The notes under the pieces are model-generated. The model did no database searches, had not been told where the DNA came from, and was given only the letters and a program-made list of their open reading frames with translations. A DNA stretch of 64,000 nt from the human T2T-CHM13v2.0 reference genome, Homo sapiens. Both the position numbers and the translations under genes were made by a program. Within the stretch, counting starts at the first letter, position 1. Every line of letters begins with the position of its first letter. The DNA lies in NCBI RefSeq assembly GCF_009914755.1, contig NC_060928.1. The stretch is one strand, 5' to 3'. Of the stretch, positions 45,211 through 59,689 are shown one piece after another.

Positions 45211-46176
45211 ACTATGCTACTGCATTCTTATAGTTACAGAGGTTAAAAATATAACAACGTAATCTGGTAGGAACTATTTAATAATTCCTCTATTAAGATA
45301 AAGTAATTATCTAGAAAATGAATGTAAATAATTTCTGGTTTAATTGCAGTTCGTTTTGTCCTTTTCTGTCTTCTTTGGAAATGAAAGTAATTCATTTCAA
45401 ATTCATTTAATGTCATTTTTATATAAAGAGCCCCTGTTTTGCTAAAAATTAAGTTATGCTTCAAAATTTTTTAGCTTTAAAAATGAATAGGCTTTGTTCA
45501 CAGATTCTATTTCAACTGTGTATATGTATGTAATTTTTAGTATGTGCTGTCCTTCTAGGCTGTCTCAACCTTCTTTATATATCCTAGGTAATTGGTGCTA
45601 AATACTGCATTATTCATTCTGCTAATTCATGCCAAAATTGATTCTTATGTATGTGTACATTTTGGCCCTGAGGATTTTTAATTAATTTCATTGCCATCAA
45701 GTAGCATTTTTATAAAGCATTTTGTGTGTTTTGTAAGGATGCAATTTTGCAGTCTGCCAAATTTGTTTTGTTTTTTTTCCTTCAAGGACAAGCTTCCTCT
45801 GGAGACACATAATATCACTGTGTTGATTGGAGAGGATATTATATACAAGTCAAACACTTTATGTTAAGATGAATGCATAACTAATTTTAAATCACAGAAA
45901 TTCTATGCAGTCTGACAAAATATTGAAAAGGCACATAATCTTTATTCTCTTCCAGAGCCCAAACCTAGAGAAACCACAGAAGTAAGAAACAAATATGGAT
46001 AAAAACATTAAGGAAAACACTATTAAAAATCTCCTAGAAGACAGAAGGCCTCTGTGGTATGGTGTTAAGCAGAAAAACTTAGCCCAGAGGTCGAGGGCCC
46101 AGTGCAATGGGAGGGGTTTGATGCCCTTTTATCTTAACTTTGTACTGGGTGCACCATTTTATATTCTTTCCACTTT

Positions 46177-46712
46177 GTGTTAGAAGAATAGTGTCAAGAA
46201 CATGATGAGTCTGAATGCTTACCCTACTTACACAGTAGCCTGACATCGTTTTATGAATATTGGCAGAAGGCCCAGACTCAAGGCAAGAAACCAAGGTCAG
46301 TTTATTACCCACAGCGACAGGAGCAGTCAGAGGATAATCATTTTCTTGCTGTTTCCCGAAGGTCTGATTCACAGGGCAATGTGATAAGGGCCAGATGACA
46401 CAACAAGGACAGGTGATACCTGCCTGTATAGTGTGTTGCACTACAGGAAAGGAAACTTGAGCTTAGGAAACTGTATCTTTTGTAATGGGCTGTAGACAAA
46501 CCTTCCCTTTTCACTGGGTGAGAAACATTACCTCTTATGTTCCAGGACATAAGCAAACCTTTTTACTCTCAAGGGAGACACTTTCATCTTCTTCTAAGGC
46601 TGTTCACCATGTAGACATCCTTGAAAAGGCATTTCAGAATGAGGGTAGACAGTGCCTTTGCTCATAATATGGGCTTAAATGTGAGGGACCCGTAGAGTAT
46701 TGTATCCCAACT
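46177..46712 (-). mobile_element. ERV1 solo LTR (MER89/MER90-like)
   Basis: Minus strand begins gttgggatacaatactctacgggtcc...ccttttcaaggatgtc...gaacagcctt...gtgtctccc; family name uncertain. Confidence 0.6.
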
Positions 46713-47334
46713 GATAGTAGCAGAAGTTCAGGGTCACAGAGTAATATCAAGTGAAACAAGAATCAAAATTGGGTGAAAAGTAGATTTTGTTTCATGCAAA
46801 CACAATATCCACTGCTGCGTGTCCCCTGGTCAACACTTCCTCATCCTGAGTCCAGAGACATTAAATAAAGAGAAAGAGGAGCTCTAAGAAAGAATCCAAT
46901 TTAAGGAATGTAAAAAGAAAAACAGGCAATTAAAATCTAAAGAAAACAAAGGTAACAACATTTATATCAAACAAAATATAATACAAGAAGAAAAATAGCT
47001 TCAAGGGCAGAGAGAGATATAATACAGATTTCAGGAGGAGGAGTGGATTAAGAAACTGTGACAGTGACTGACAGATACACACATAGTTATACAGCCCTAA
47101 AACACAAAATAAGGGCATTGAGTTAATGCATGTAATGTGTCTGGTCTTGTTCTTAACTCTTTAAAATTACCAACTTTTAAAAATAATATCAGTAACCGTA
47201 TGACTTAGGTTACTATTATAATGTTCATTTTTTTAAATTAAAAAAGATTCAAAGAGTTAAATAATATGTCCAAGATTACACACTTATCACTTTTGTCAGA
47301 TAACTGTTTTGAAAACAAAATAGCTAATGCTCTC

Positions 47335-47480
47335 ACAGATGAGTGAAAATATGTCATATTTATCTTTCTGTTCCTCATCTAAGTCACTTAACATAATATT
47401 CCCCCGGCTCATTCCTGTTGCTGTGAATGACAGGATTTCATCCTTTTTTGTGGCTAAATGGTATTCCATTGTGTGTGTGT
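47335..47480 (-). mobile_element. L1MA 3' fragment
   Basis: gatgagtgaaaatatg...gaatgacaggatttcatccttttttgtggctaaatggtattccattgtg. Confidence 0.8.
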
Positions 47481-48974
47481 GTGTGTATTATTATGTGCCA
47501 ACTAACTAAAATCAAAGAGGATCCTTTTAAATCTCTCAATATAGTGCCTATAATTATAAAGGTGTTCAATAAATGTTAGCTTTTTTATGTGATTCAAAAC
47601 TCTTGTTTAGTATAATACACCAATACCTTAACTAGCATTATAGTAAAAACATTTTGATGAGTACTTATACAGTAATCTTTTAAAAAGTAGTTTCAATTTT
47701 TCTTCCCTTGGCATGATTAAGTGTAACTTACTTTCGATTTATGTAATTTTATTTGGATCACAAATTACTAGCTATACTTGCTTTCTATACAATATAAACT
47801 TAAAACATCATATCTAGTAATTTTCTCTTTTTCTCTCTCTCATTACCAATTAAAATAGGCACATACTTCACTTATCACAACTAATGGTAAAAGCTGTTGT
47901 TGAAAATTGCACCTAAGACTTGTACTTCTTTCAAAACTTCTTCTGTTAAAGTATAACTTTATATCCATACTAAACTTTATTTTAAAACATTCCAGCTTAG
48001 TTTAAGTCTTATTGCAACTACAGATAAGACTCTTAAAATGCTTTTCAATCAACAGGACTTAAAACAGAACCTTGCGAATTTTCTATTTTTATAACTGAAA
48101 GTGACTAATAAGTGAAAAATTAATAGGAACACAAGATATTTTTAAAGTCTCTAGACTTTTTAATAATTTGAGACATAAAAGTCTATTCCCACACATTGTA
48201 TACTTGTGAAATTACCACTGATTTTTAGCAAATCATATAAATACTCTCCTGGTAATATTTGGACAAACAATAAAGCAAATCCAAATCCTTGCTTACCCTT
48301 GTCATTATTTTTAAATTGCACATATTAAGGAAAGAAGATCACATGATGATCTCAATAGATTCAGAAAAATCATGCAACATATCTAATACCCATTCATTCA
48401 TTCTCAAGAAAAATGCTCAAAAAACTAGGAATGAGAGGGAGCTTCCTCAATCTGACAAAGGGCATCTACAAAAAATTACCTGCAACTAACATCATAATTG
48501 AAGGCATAAGGCTGAATCTTTCCCTCTAACATAAAGAACAATCCAAGATATCTGTTCTTACTACTTACAGTCAACATAGTGATGGGGCTTTCAGTCAGAG
48601 AAAGGAGGCAAAGGAAATAAACGTAAGGTATCAGGATTTAAAAAGGAGAAAGTAAAACAGTCCTCATTTACAGACAACATGATCTGTATAGAAAGTCCTA
48701 AGGAATACACATAAACATACATACAATTAATAGAACTAATAAAGGAGTTCAGTAAGGTCACAGGATACAGAACCAATATACACAAATATAATTATATATT
48801 CCTAACAATGGACAATCCAAAAAGTAATCAAGAACACAATTCCATTCACAAAAGTATCAAAATGAATGAAATAAAAATAAATTTAACATGTACACACTGA
48901 AACTACAAAAGTTGCTGTAAGAAATTAAAGATTAAATAAATTGAGAGATACCACATTCATGAATTGGAAGACTC

Positions 48975-49248
48975 TTTTTTTTTTTGGAGACAAGGTCTTA
49001 CTGTGTCACTCAGGCTGAAGTGGCACCCTTGAACTCCTGGGTTCAAGCAATCCTCCTGCATGAGCTTTCCAAGTAGATGGGACTACAGGCATGCACCACC
49101 ATGCCCAGATTAATATTTATAATTTTTCGTAGAGACAGAGTCTAGCTATATTGCCTAGGGTCATCTTGAACTCCTGGCCTCAAGTGACCTTCCTGCCTCA
49201 CCCACCCCCAAATGCTGAGATTACAGGCATTAGCCACTGTGCCCAGCC
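48975..49248 (-). mobile_element. AluJ
   Basis: gagacaaggtcttactg...gaactcctggcctcaagtga...gccactgtgcccagcc. Confidence 0.88.
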
Positions 49249-49796
49249 TGGACAATGAATTTTTAAGATGATGATTCTCTTCAAATTCATGTACAGATGG
49301 AAGGCAATGCCTATCAAATTCTCAGGAGAGTCTTTTTCGGAAACAAGCAAGTTGACTAATTAAAACAGTGAACAGCATACTGACTATAGTTAATAACTAT
49401 ATATTTTGACAGTTATTTATAAAAACACATTTTATATGTTCTCATCACAAAAAAGTGATGACACAATGTATATGTTAGTATGTTTGATTTAGTCATTCCA
49501 TGTACATATATCAAAACATTGTACTTCATAAATAGATAAAACTATTATTCATCAACTAAAAATAAAGTAAAAATAAACAAAGCAATGTAGTACTGGTATA
49601 GTACAACAGTAGAGGTTTATACAGATATACATTTAGATTAATGGAAGAAAATTGACAGTCTTGATATAAATCCTTACATTTAGGGTCATACAGCTGTTAA
49701 GATTTATGGTCAATTGATTTTTTTTTTACAAAGATGCCAACTCTCATACCAAACATTAACTTAAAGCGAGTGTATCCCCAACTTTAAGAGTTAAAA

Positions 49797-50060
<264 letters not shown>

Positions 50061-51439
50061 ATTAAAACTATAAAGTGCTTCAGAAAAAAAGAAGTAAATC
50101 ATTGTGACCTTTGGTTAGATGATGACGTCTTAGCTACAAAACCAAAAACACTATCGATAAATGAAAAATTGACATACCTCATAAAAACTAAAAATGTCTG
50201 CACATCAAAGTCATTATCAAGAATGTGAAAAGGTAGGTCACAGCTTGAGAGAAAGAGAAGATGTTTTCAAATGATATATCTGATAATGAACTGCCAGAAA
50301 ACATAAAGAAATATTATAATTCAATAAGGAGACTTAAAATAATCCAGTTGAAATAGAAAAATCAAATTAAAAATATAAAACATTTGAATAAATATTTTAT
50401 TAAAGAAGATATGCAAATTTCTGATAAGCACATGGAAAGATGCTCAACATCATTAGTCACTAGGAAAATGCAAATAAGAAATAAAGTGAAATACCACTTC
50501 ACAGCTACAATTTGTTACGGAGCATACAAAGTGTTGTCACAACTGGAACTCTCATACACTGCTGGTGAAAATGTAAAATGGTGAAGACATTTTGAAAAAC
50601 GGTTTGGTTTGGTAGTACCTCAAAAATTTAACTGTAAACTTGCTGTATGACTCAACAATCCCACTGTTAGAGAAATGAAAACATATGGTAACACAAGGAC
50701 TTGCATGGAAATGTTCATAGCAGTATTATTGACAACAACCAAAAAGTGGAACCTATCCAATTTTCATTTCCTGGTAAATGGATAAACAAAATGTAGTATA
50801 TCCATGCAATGAAATACTATGCAGCAATAAAAAGGAACAAAGTACTGAAACCTGCTACAACATAGATGAACCTCAAAAAAAGTGACACTAAGAAGAATCC
50901 AGACACCAGAGATCAGAAAGGAAAATTTATAGAGCCAGAAAGTAGATTAGTGGTTGCCAGGAGATGGAGATGGGAATTAACAATGTCTACAAATAAGCAT
51001 GAGGTTTCTTTGGGGATAATGTAAATTTTCTAAAATTAGATGGTAGTAAAGTTTGCACACATTTGTAAATTTACTAAAATTAACTGTATATGTGAAACGA
51101 GTGAACTTTATGGTATATCAATTATCTAAATATAACTGTTAAAATTGCATGTGTTATTGTTTATAGGATAGATCAATTAACTATCAAATATGTGAAAAAA
51201 ATATACAAATGATCGAGTAGGTATTTAAGTAGAATAGCATTTTTAAAATGCTTTCTGAAATAGAATATTCTGGAAATATTTCTGTCTTTTTTTAAACGTA
51301 ATTTGATCCTAACAATAAAAATAATATTGAGGTTTGATTTTGAATTATATAATCACACTAATCATATCAGTGCTTATCTCACAATGAAGCTGCCATATTT
51401 CCCTAGTGAGAGTCTACATAGCACAGTCATGAATGGTAT

Positions 51440-51665
51440 TTGCTCTGAAGCTTAATGCTCTGCCTTCTTATCCTTGTTTTCCCGCTGACCAACGAAATGA
51501 ACTCAAACAAATTGCTTAATCTCACTGTCTCTTAATTTTCTCTCTGAAAATGTGGATCAGTATTTGTCACACAGAGTCATTATGGGAATTATAGGAGCTA
51601 TCCCATGAAAACCTCTTTGAACACTCTTTGGCCATCAGAAGCCCTCGATAAATTCTGGCTATTAT
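51440..51665 (+). mobile_element. MIR fragment
   Basis: aaattgcttaatctcactgtctcttaattttc...gaaaatgtgga. Confidence 0.5.
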
Positions 51666-52419
51666 TTTTAAATGTCTCTGAGATTTTTCAGCCCTAAGGA
51701 TGCATAGATTCACCCATAGAAGCAGTTTCATAATTTCTTTGAGAAATTTTTTGGCACTCATAGGATGTCTGATCTCTCATGCGGAGAACTGGCAGCTAAG
51801 CTGATTGTTTCTTGGATCGAATAACAGTCATTTTCAAAGGCACTATTGCACTCCGTACACTCCAAGCTGTCTTTTTCAAACAGGATTGAAATCCTGATAA
51901 CAATTGGTTCCTAAAATCTTTTATTCTTGTAATTTATCATCTTTTTTTCCCCTTAAGTACATATGTCTTCTGTTCAGTCCATCTAGAAAAATGTGAGTAA
52001 GTTCTGGGCCTTTAACTCTAGAAAGTTAATACGAAAGTACAGATGTTAAGGATTTGAATTTATCTTGTTTATTAAGCAGCTTTCATTTGGTTTAATATCT
52101 TCTTTTAAAAAGTGAGAGAAGCTCACATTTTTTCTTTTGCTGTTTATGGTACAAAAACAGAAAACATTAAACTAGCAAAAAATAAGTTTATCTTGGCTAA
52201 CAAGTAACCAAAAATACATACTTAGGAAGCCATATGCATATGTGACTGGAGTTGATATTCAGGAATTCAACTCATTCCTTCCCAAGAGTTCACATTATGA
52301 TGAACACTCACATTCTTCTTTGGACTTTCCGAAAAGGTTTCTTATTTTGTAACACATTTAAAACCTTCATTGTGAAAATATAAACATTTCATTTTTTCAA
52401 AAACAATCTTGGGTTTTCA

Positions 52420-52716
52420 CCAACGGAATGTGAGTCAAAGTGATAAACACTTTCAAGCTGAGACAACTGAAAACAGCTTTCCCTTTTCTCTACTATTTTC
52501 CTTTATCTTCTGACCAAATCCAGAGGACTTGATACAGGACTCTGAAGCAGAGACACTAGATAAAAAAAATTCCTGGGTGCCTGAGTCACAACATGAAAAG
52601 TTGACTGATGTATATTTTATTGGACTGCTATGTGAGAAAGAGGTAAACTTTCATTGTGTGAAGTTGCTGAGATTTAGGTATTGTCTTATTGCAATACTTA
52701 GCTTATGCTGACTGAC
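52420..52716 (+). mobile_element. Old MLT1 MaLR LTR fragment
   Basis: cctgggtgcctgagtcac...tgtgagaaagaggtaaactttcattgtgtgaagttgctgagattt. Confidence 0.65.
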
Positions 52717-53023
52717 ATAAGTCATTTTATAATTTCTGTGAAAATTCTGACTCACTCTTTACCAAAACAACAACAACAATAAACACGATTTAAGGGTCAG
52801 GGAACACTGGCAGCAGCACTGTGATCCTGCAGCAAGTCACTAGAGAGAAGAATGAATTCTCACCAATATTAAAATATGAATATCCATTATTTCCTTTGTG
52901 AATATGCATTGCATCTACATCCCTGGTTTCATTTGGCCCCAACTCAATGGTGTTATGAGATAGGTGTTATATAAATGAGCCAAAGATAACTTCTATTTTT
53001 TTGCCTCTAAGTTATTGATTTCT

Positions 53024-53501
53024 TGATGGCAGGCTGAGACTCATTACCTCCAAAGCCCACTGGCACCACACTCAAATTTATAAACATCCCATTATTTTAG
53101 AAAATAGCCTAAGCAAGCAAGTTTTTGCCTTTAGTACCTTCCTGGTTTGCATAATCTATCAAACCTCACCCAACAGCTGTTATCGGTTAATGAGACAGGG
53201 CTTTGCAGTATTAAGTCCCTAAGCTGCTGCTTCCAGGGAGTTCTCTGACCCAGTGTCCCTTGCCCTGCTCCTGAGTGACATCACCAAGACGGGTCAGTCC
53301 CATTCCAGTGCGCCTCTACATTGATTTCCCTTCTAGATAGTGACCCCTGGGAGCCATAGCCTCTCAACTGTCTCATGCTGTGATGGATTTCTCATCTTAT
53401 GCAACCTGTTCAATTGCTACCCAATAAAGCTTGTTTGTTACTAACTCTAGTGACCACATCTTTTTCCTTGATCAGCCTCAAATCCCTCGAAGTATTCTAC
53501 A
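53024..53501 (+). mobile_element. ERV1-type solo LTR (family uncertain)
   Basis: tg...ca ends, aataaagc poly(A) signal at about 53423, raised GC content. Confidence 0.55.
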
Positions 53502-53574
53502 ATACATCCAATAGATTATCCCACTTATAACTAAAAAAGTAGAGCCTTTGGAACATTGAGTTACTGAAGCCAAC

Positions 53575-54107
53575 ATTGATTGCTGCCATCCCAAAGTTGT
53601 TTCCCTTTTATTCCACTCTTACAGAGCCTAGATCTTATTCCAGAGTATTTCTTCTCTCTCTAGTATGATAATATCTGACTGATCTAAGTTAATTTGCTAC
53701 TGACACATTTCTGAATGAGCATGTGATCCAGTTCTGGCCAAAGACGCAGAACACTAAGTCTGCTGGGAGCGTCTGTGAAAGGTTTCTTTGGTTAACACAC
53801 AAAAAATGAAATAAAGACATGAGGAAGAATCAGCCCTATACTTTTATTGATCATTGCTGTTTCTTCCCATGATTCCTGAACTAGCAGGGGCCAGTATTTT
53901 GTTACATGTTAGCTTGAGAAGAAGACTAAAGATACAAGAATAGAAAAATAGAAAGAATCTTCACTTTTGATGACAGTGTTAACTAAATTTATCAATCCCA
54001 GGTCACCTATCACTATACATACTATGAGAGATCATCAATCCCATTATTTTTACGTAATTGACTGGAGTTCTCATATCCTTGCAGGGAAAATTACACTAAT
54101 TGATACA
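53575..54107 (+). mobile_element. MLT1J/K-like MaLR LTR
   Basis: catgtgatccagttctggccaaagac...aagtctgctggg...ctaattgataca. Confidence 0.65.
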
Positions 54108-54637
54108 CTTTACTACAGTTGTATTGCCAGTGGGGAAAAAAGCAATTTAAACCTACTCTATGAAGATGAATACATGAAATTAGCAATATTAGTCTCCCGT
54201 AAGAATGGAATCACATTTAATTAGATGGAACTGTGGAATAATAATTTGGCCTTGAAATATTTCATTTATTCAGACATTATGTTATTCATGATAGTTTTAT
54301 ACTCATAAGAAATCTAAAGATTTCAAATATATATGACCCATGGAAATAAAAAGTCACTATTATGTGACAAATAAGGTACCTAAGAAAATAATCCACTTGA
54401 TGAAGGTCTACGTCTCAAGTAACATTAGATTTGATCTTGCCCTAATTTTACCGTAGGTTCCAGTGTTTTTCTTTTATATTTTCTGACCTGAGAAGTAAAA
54501 CTATTAAGATTCTCTTATTGTTACGTTAATTTACTACAATAATATCCTGTTATTGTATAGTTAAGTTATTTTACTGCAAATCTTATCTATACTCATCTGA
54601 AATATAACAGATGTCAAAAAACACCTTTCACAACTTA

Positions 54638-55275
54638 AAGGGAACAATTTTACACCGCTGGTAGGAATGTAAACTAGTACAACCACTGTGGAAAACAGTA
54701 CAGAGATTCCTTAAAGAACTAAAAGTAAAACTACCAGTCAATCTAGCAATCCCACTACTGGGTATCTACCCATAGGAAAAGAAATCATTACATGAAAAAG
54801 ACACCTGCACATTCATGTTTATAGCGGCACAATTCACAATTGCAAAAACATGGAACCAGTGTAAATGCCCTTCAACCAAAGTGGTATATTCAGGATGGAA
54901 TATACCATAAAAAAAGTGGTATATTCAGGATGGAATATGATTCAGCCATAAAACAACAGCCTTGGCAACAACTGGATGGAGCTGGAAGCCATTATTCTAA
55001 GTGAAGTAATTCAGGAAAGGAAAATCAAATATTGTATGTTCTCACTTATAAGTGGGAGCTAAGCTATAAGGATGCAAAGGCATAAGAACAATAGAACGGA
55101 CTTTGAGGACTCAGGGGGAAGGTTGGAAGGGAGGAGTGAGGAATAAAAGACTGCATATTGGGTACAGTGTACACTGCTTGGGTGACAGGTGCACCAAAAT
55201 CTCAGAAATCACCACTAAATAACTTATCCATGTAACCAAAACCACCTGTTCCCCAAAAACTATTAAATTTTTTAA
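54638..55275 (+). mobile_element. L1PB1-like 3' end
   Basis: aatgtaaactagtacaaccactgtggaaaacag...ttgggtacagtgtacactgcttgggtgacaggtgcaccaaaatctcagaaatcaccactaaa. Confidence 0.88.
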
Positions 55276-55483
55276 GAAAGACAGTAATATAGTAGAGTTG
55301 TAAGATCCAAGAGCCAAGATGTGGGTAAGGATTAGATAAGCAAAGACTGTTCATATTTCAAATAAACAAAAGCAGAACAGAGATTGTAAACATTTTTTAA
55401 AAATAACTTGCAAAAAAAGATATATTTTTCTATAGCCTACAAAGCAGACATCAATACCGAGCTGTATTTTGTACTGTGTGTTA

Positions 55484-55640
55484 TCGTATGTCATCAATTC
55501 TAAGATGCACTTTGTTTTTCTCACTTAAGTGTTTTACAATTTGGCAATTGAAGGTGCTTTAAAAGTAAAATAAGCAACTTCTTAGCGGCATATAAAATAA
55601 TGGTGCATCATCTGTTCATCTCTGAGTCAATAGAATATGA
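55484..55640 (+). mobile_element. MER104 (TcMar-Tc2 MITE)
   Basis: TA|tcgtatgtcatcaattctaagatgcac...ataaaataatggtgcatc...gaatatga|TA. Confidence 0.7.
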
Positions 55641-57686
55641 TAATTTAATAGACTGTCAAATCAAAATTTATTTATTCATTCACTCATTCATTCAAATAAC
55701 AAGAAAGAGCAATCATTTCAAAAAGAGAATGGCCAAACTAGTTGTTCTGACTCCACATCATGTGGTGTGGCTAACATTTTTGTGGAGAACTCTCCAAATG
55801 GATATTAAGGATAATTTCCAAGCCATGAACTTAATAGGCCAAAGAGCACGTATAATTTTACAGTCAATAAATAAAATTTTTTTTTCAATTTACATTCTAA
55901 CCTTGGATTATGTGGGAATGCCCACATCCCATATTTCTGGGAGCACAGTACCTTAATATGAGTATGATTTTTGTCTTTGTGGCATTCCTTTCTTGTTCTT
56001 TTCTTTAAATCTATGTCACTCACCCCTTTGTAGTCATCTTGTGTTTTAGGTGAAGTTAGGTCTGATCCACCTCTAGCCCTCGAAGAGGGCAAATGGCCTG
56101 GACAGAGAATCAGATTGTCCAGTCTTACTTGCCTTCAGAGATCAGATAAGGAATGAGACTAAGACAAAACTGAAATAATTAGAGACCTTCTTAAAAATTT
56201 TGCTGGGCCCATTAAAAAAATAAAAACATGACTTTATTTCATTTTGCTTTGTTTGTTTATTAGTAATCTAAAGTTTAAAGGAAGTACAGACTCTGTCAGT
56301 GGTCCCTATATTCAATCAAACTTTATCTTTCCAATAGTGTTTTTCATTTTGCTTTTACTTTGCCAATATTTTCTGGAGCGTATAGCCTGAAAATTAGAAT
56401 TAACTTACCTTTTGATAAAGAACCAATAGTGTCAAACTATATGAACTAATTCTAAGTGAAGTTTTCCTTGAATACTCAATCTTTGACAAGGGATTTAATT
56501 ACTATATATCTCCTTCCTAAGAACCACCTCCTGCCTTTTGGAAAGGAGATAAGAAGAGGTAATTAAGAGATTTGCTGTTTACCTGAGATATGGATGTGTA
56601 CAGCAGCTGGGAACACTGCCTGGCATGAGATAAGCAGCCAACGAATGGCAGTCATTACAATTGTTCATTGAGTTGAATAAAATGTAATAACATTTATTCA
56701 ACACTTACTGTGCTATGGATTTGAATTCTCTAGTAGCAAGTTTTATTTTGTTTACAGCAACACAGAGCTGCCCTCAGTTACCACTAGGCTTTCCCATGGG
56801 AAAAATAAATGGCTCAGGTCAGTATTCAGAGAAAAGTACAGCAAAAACAACTATAACAGCATCATTTTAAGTGAGAAAAATATATTAGGACTGTACATTC
56901 TGGCCGGCTTGACTTGGCTGTTACTTGCTCTGATTAGCAGTAAATCTGCAGAGTTTGCTGAAACCAAGTGTGTTCCCCATACATTACAGCATTTTGCACC
57001 TGACACCCACTTCAAATCTGGGAGTGAGAATAATGGTCCTTATACATACCTTACTCATCAAGGGAAAAAAAAAAAAACTGTATGACTGAATGTAAATCAT
57101 TCTAAGACCACATTATGAGGACATATGCTAAATATGCCTCATATATTACAGAGCATCTCTCTTTTTAATGAAAAACTTTTAGCAGCCCATAAATATGATT
57201 TAAATTTCTCCAAATCATTGAATCTGAATTGTTATTTAAAAGAAAATACATCAGAAAAATACTTAAGCAGCACAGCATTCAATGGTTTAATCATTTCCCC
57301 TTATTTCTTTTTTTATAATTACAAGCTTAATTAGTTTTAGTATAATATCTTCAGCTTTTCAAAATTTGTTGGTTGATATGTCCAATAGATTTCTTGTTAC
57401 ATATATTTTAAATACCATAGAACTAGACTGAATATTAATTCCTTATAAATGGAAAAATATAGAAAACAACTAGTCACAGTTTATACATTTAGTGCCATGA
57501 TACATTATTTCTTCTACAATTTCATACTTAAATAATAAATTTTTATAACCTAAATTTTTCAAAATTTCCTTTGTATTCAATTAGAAAATTAGATTATTTT
57601 CCAAATGTAATTTAGCTTGCATTTACACATTTTTGTTTGACTATTTTCAGGGAAGAAAAATATTTATTATCAGCAATACATAGGAA

Positions 57687-57872
57687 TTAGATAATATTGT
57701 GTAACTTATCATATTATGTGGGGAACAATTTTTCCCACTTTTTACTTTATACCCAGAGTTGTCTCACAGTTTCATATTACTTATCTCCCAAGGCACACAC
57801 ACTATTATTATATTATCATAGAGTTTAACCATATTTCTAAGATAAAAAGCTTCCTCCTTGACATTGTGGTGG
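57687..57872 (+). repeat. Local duplication B, copy 1 (probable donor)
   Basis: Shares ttagataatattgtgta, tattacttatctcccaaggcacaca and aaaaagcttcctccttgaca with 58964-59147. Confidence 0.92.
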
Positions 57873-58923
57873 TAGGAAAATGATTGTTTTGCATTGTGAA
57901 AATGCAGAATAAGCAGTTACCTGGGTCAATTCTTTGTTCATTTTAACACATTAAGAACAAAAATGTCTACAGAATATAGGATATCACATACACAGTGACT
58001 GTGGATATACAAATGTTACATTTCAATGAAGTAAGTATTTCTTTTGACCATGGATCTTTATTTCACTCAAGCTTTTCCAAAAAGGCTTGAATCCCCCAAG
58101 AGAAATGTATCTTGCTTTTAATAGAGAGGAATGTGCTGAGATGTAATATTTCTACTGAAAAGAACGATGATGCATCTACTGTTTCCCTATTAAAAATAAT
58201 TTTATCTGAAATATTGAAAATCTTCTGTGTTTGCTTATGAGGATTTTAATTAGCCAATTTAAATGATATACATAACTGATAGTGGGTCTACCTGGTTTTT
58301 GCAAGTGGTTTCCACAAATCTTTACAGAAATGATGTAACCTCACCACATACACAGATTCAAGCACAAACACAGACATAGATTAGATTAGATACTGTTGAT
58401 ATAGATTATAAAGTATACATAACATATCAGATTAACATGGCTCGACACATCCAAAATGGTAGTAATTTTGTTTAACTGGAGATTACACTATGTAAAAGTT
58501 AGCAGATAAAGACTACCTTTGTAAAGAATGACAGCATTCATAACTAGCCAGGTGGCAGAAAATATTTCTACTCACTAACATGGTATTTTCTTTTGTAAAT
58601 AGGGCTGAATATTTTATACATTTAGGGCAAAAAGACTATTAGAACTATTTTTCTGTTTTTTCCAACTTTCCAACTTGGAATTTTTTATTTGATTTACCAC
58701 TTTTTTAATCAAGTAGAGCATGATTGCATTTTACTATTTAGTTATTTGCTAAAAATACTAAAACAATTCTAAAAGCACAAGCATTTTGGAAAGATCTTTT
58801 AACTTACTAATCGTCTCAATACAGAAATACTTTCTATGCAAATTTTTATTGAGGAAGTTTCCTGCTTGGTAGGACAGTCCATATTATTGATGCAAATTTA
58901 AATTGCTTAAACAAACAGGACTT

Positions 58924-59171
58924 ATTGACTGTATCATCTACGTCTCAGATAGATAATATTGTCTTAGATAATATTGTGTAGCTTATCATAACACGTGGGC
59001 AAGATTTTTTCCCACTTACTGTTTTACACCAGGAGTTGTCTAATAGTATCTTATTACTTATCTCCCAAGGCACACAGATTATTATTATCATAAGATAAAA
59101 ACAGATAAGATTCTAAGGAAAAAGCTTCCTCCTTGACACTGTGGTGGAATTGACTGTATCATCTATGTCTC
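58924..59171 (+). repeat. Local duplication B, copy 2, with 23-bp flanking direct repeats
   Basis: attgactgtatcatctacgtctc (58924-58946) and attgactgtatcatctatgtctc (59149-59171) bracket the copy. Confidence 0.92.
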
Positions 59172-59689
59172 TTGAAAATTTGTATTTGTGAGAATTTTAA
59201 GAATCTCATTTCTCTTTTATCTGGCAAGTATTTGAATTTTTAAATGCTCACCTTTCTGAACCAGCAATGTTTCACTGTCTTCAGACTAAATACCTTAATT
59301 TCTTATACCACTCTTCATTTTACGTAAGATATCTCTCAATCACCACCCTTTCTACTCTATGGTTTGCGTATCCTAATCTAGACACTCCCATTAAACAAGG
59401 TTGCCTTAATAACCTAATAGTAACTGTTGTCTCTTAATTTGCATATTGGAAACTATTATAAGTAAATTTGTTTTTTACATGAATTGCTTTCAAATCAGAT
59501 CATTTATTTTGTCATTTCAGAAATGATTTTTAGGACTCTGAATATAAGTCTAAATAAATGTTTCTCTTCATTTAAAACTTGTTACTTTAAACATATTTCA
59601 TAACTTATTTTAACAATTCTGAATCTCACTGTATCATTCATTAAAGGAACCATTCTTCTTCAGCTTGTATCATATTAAGATTCGACAAG

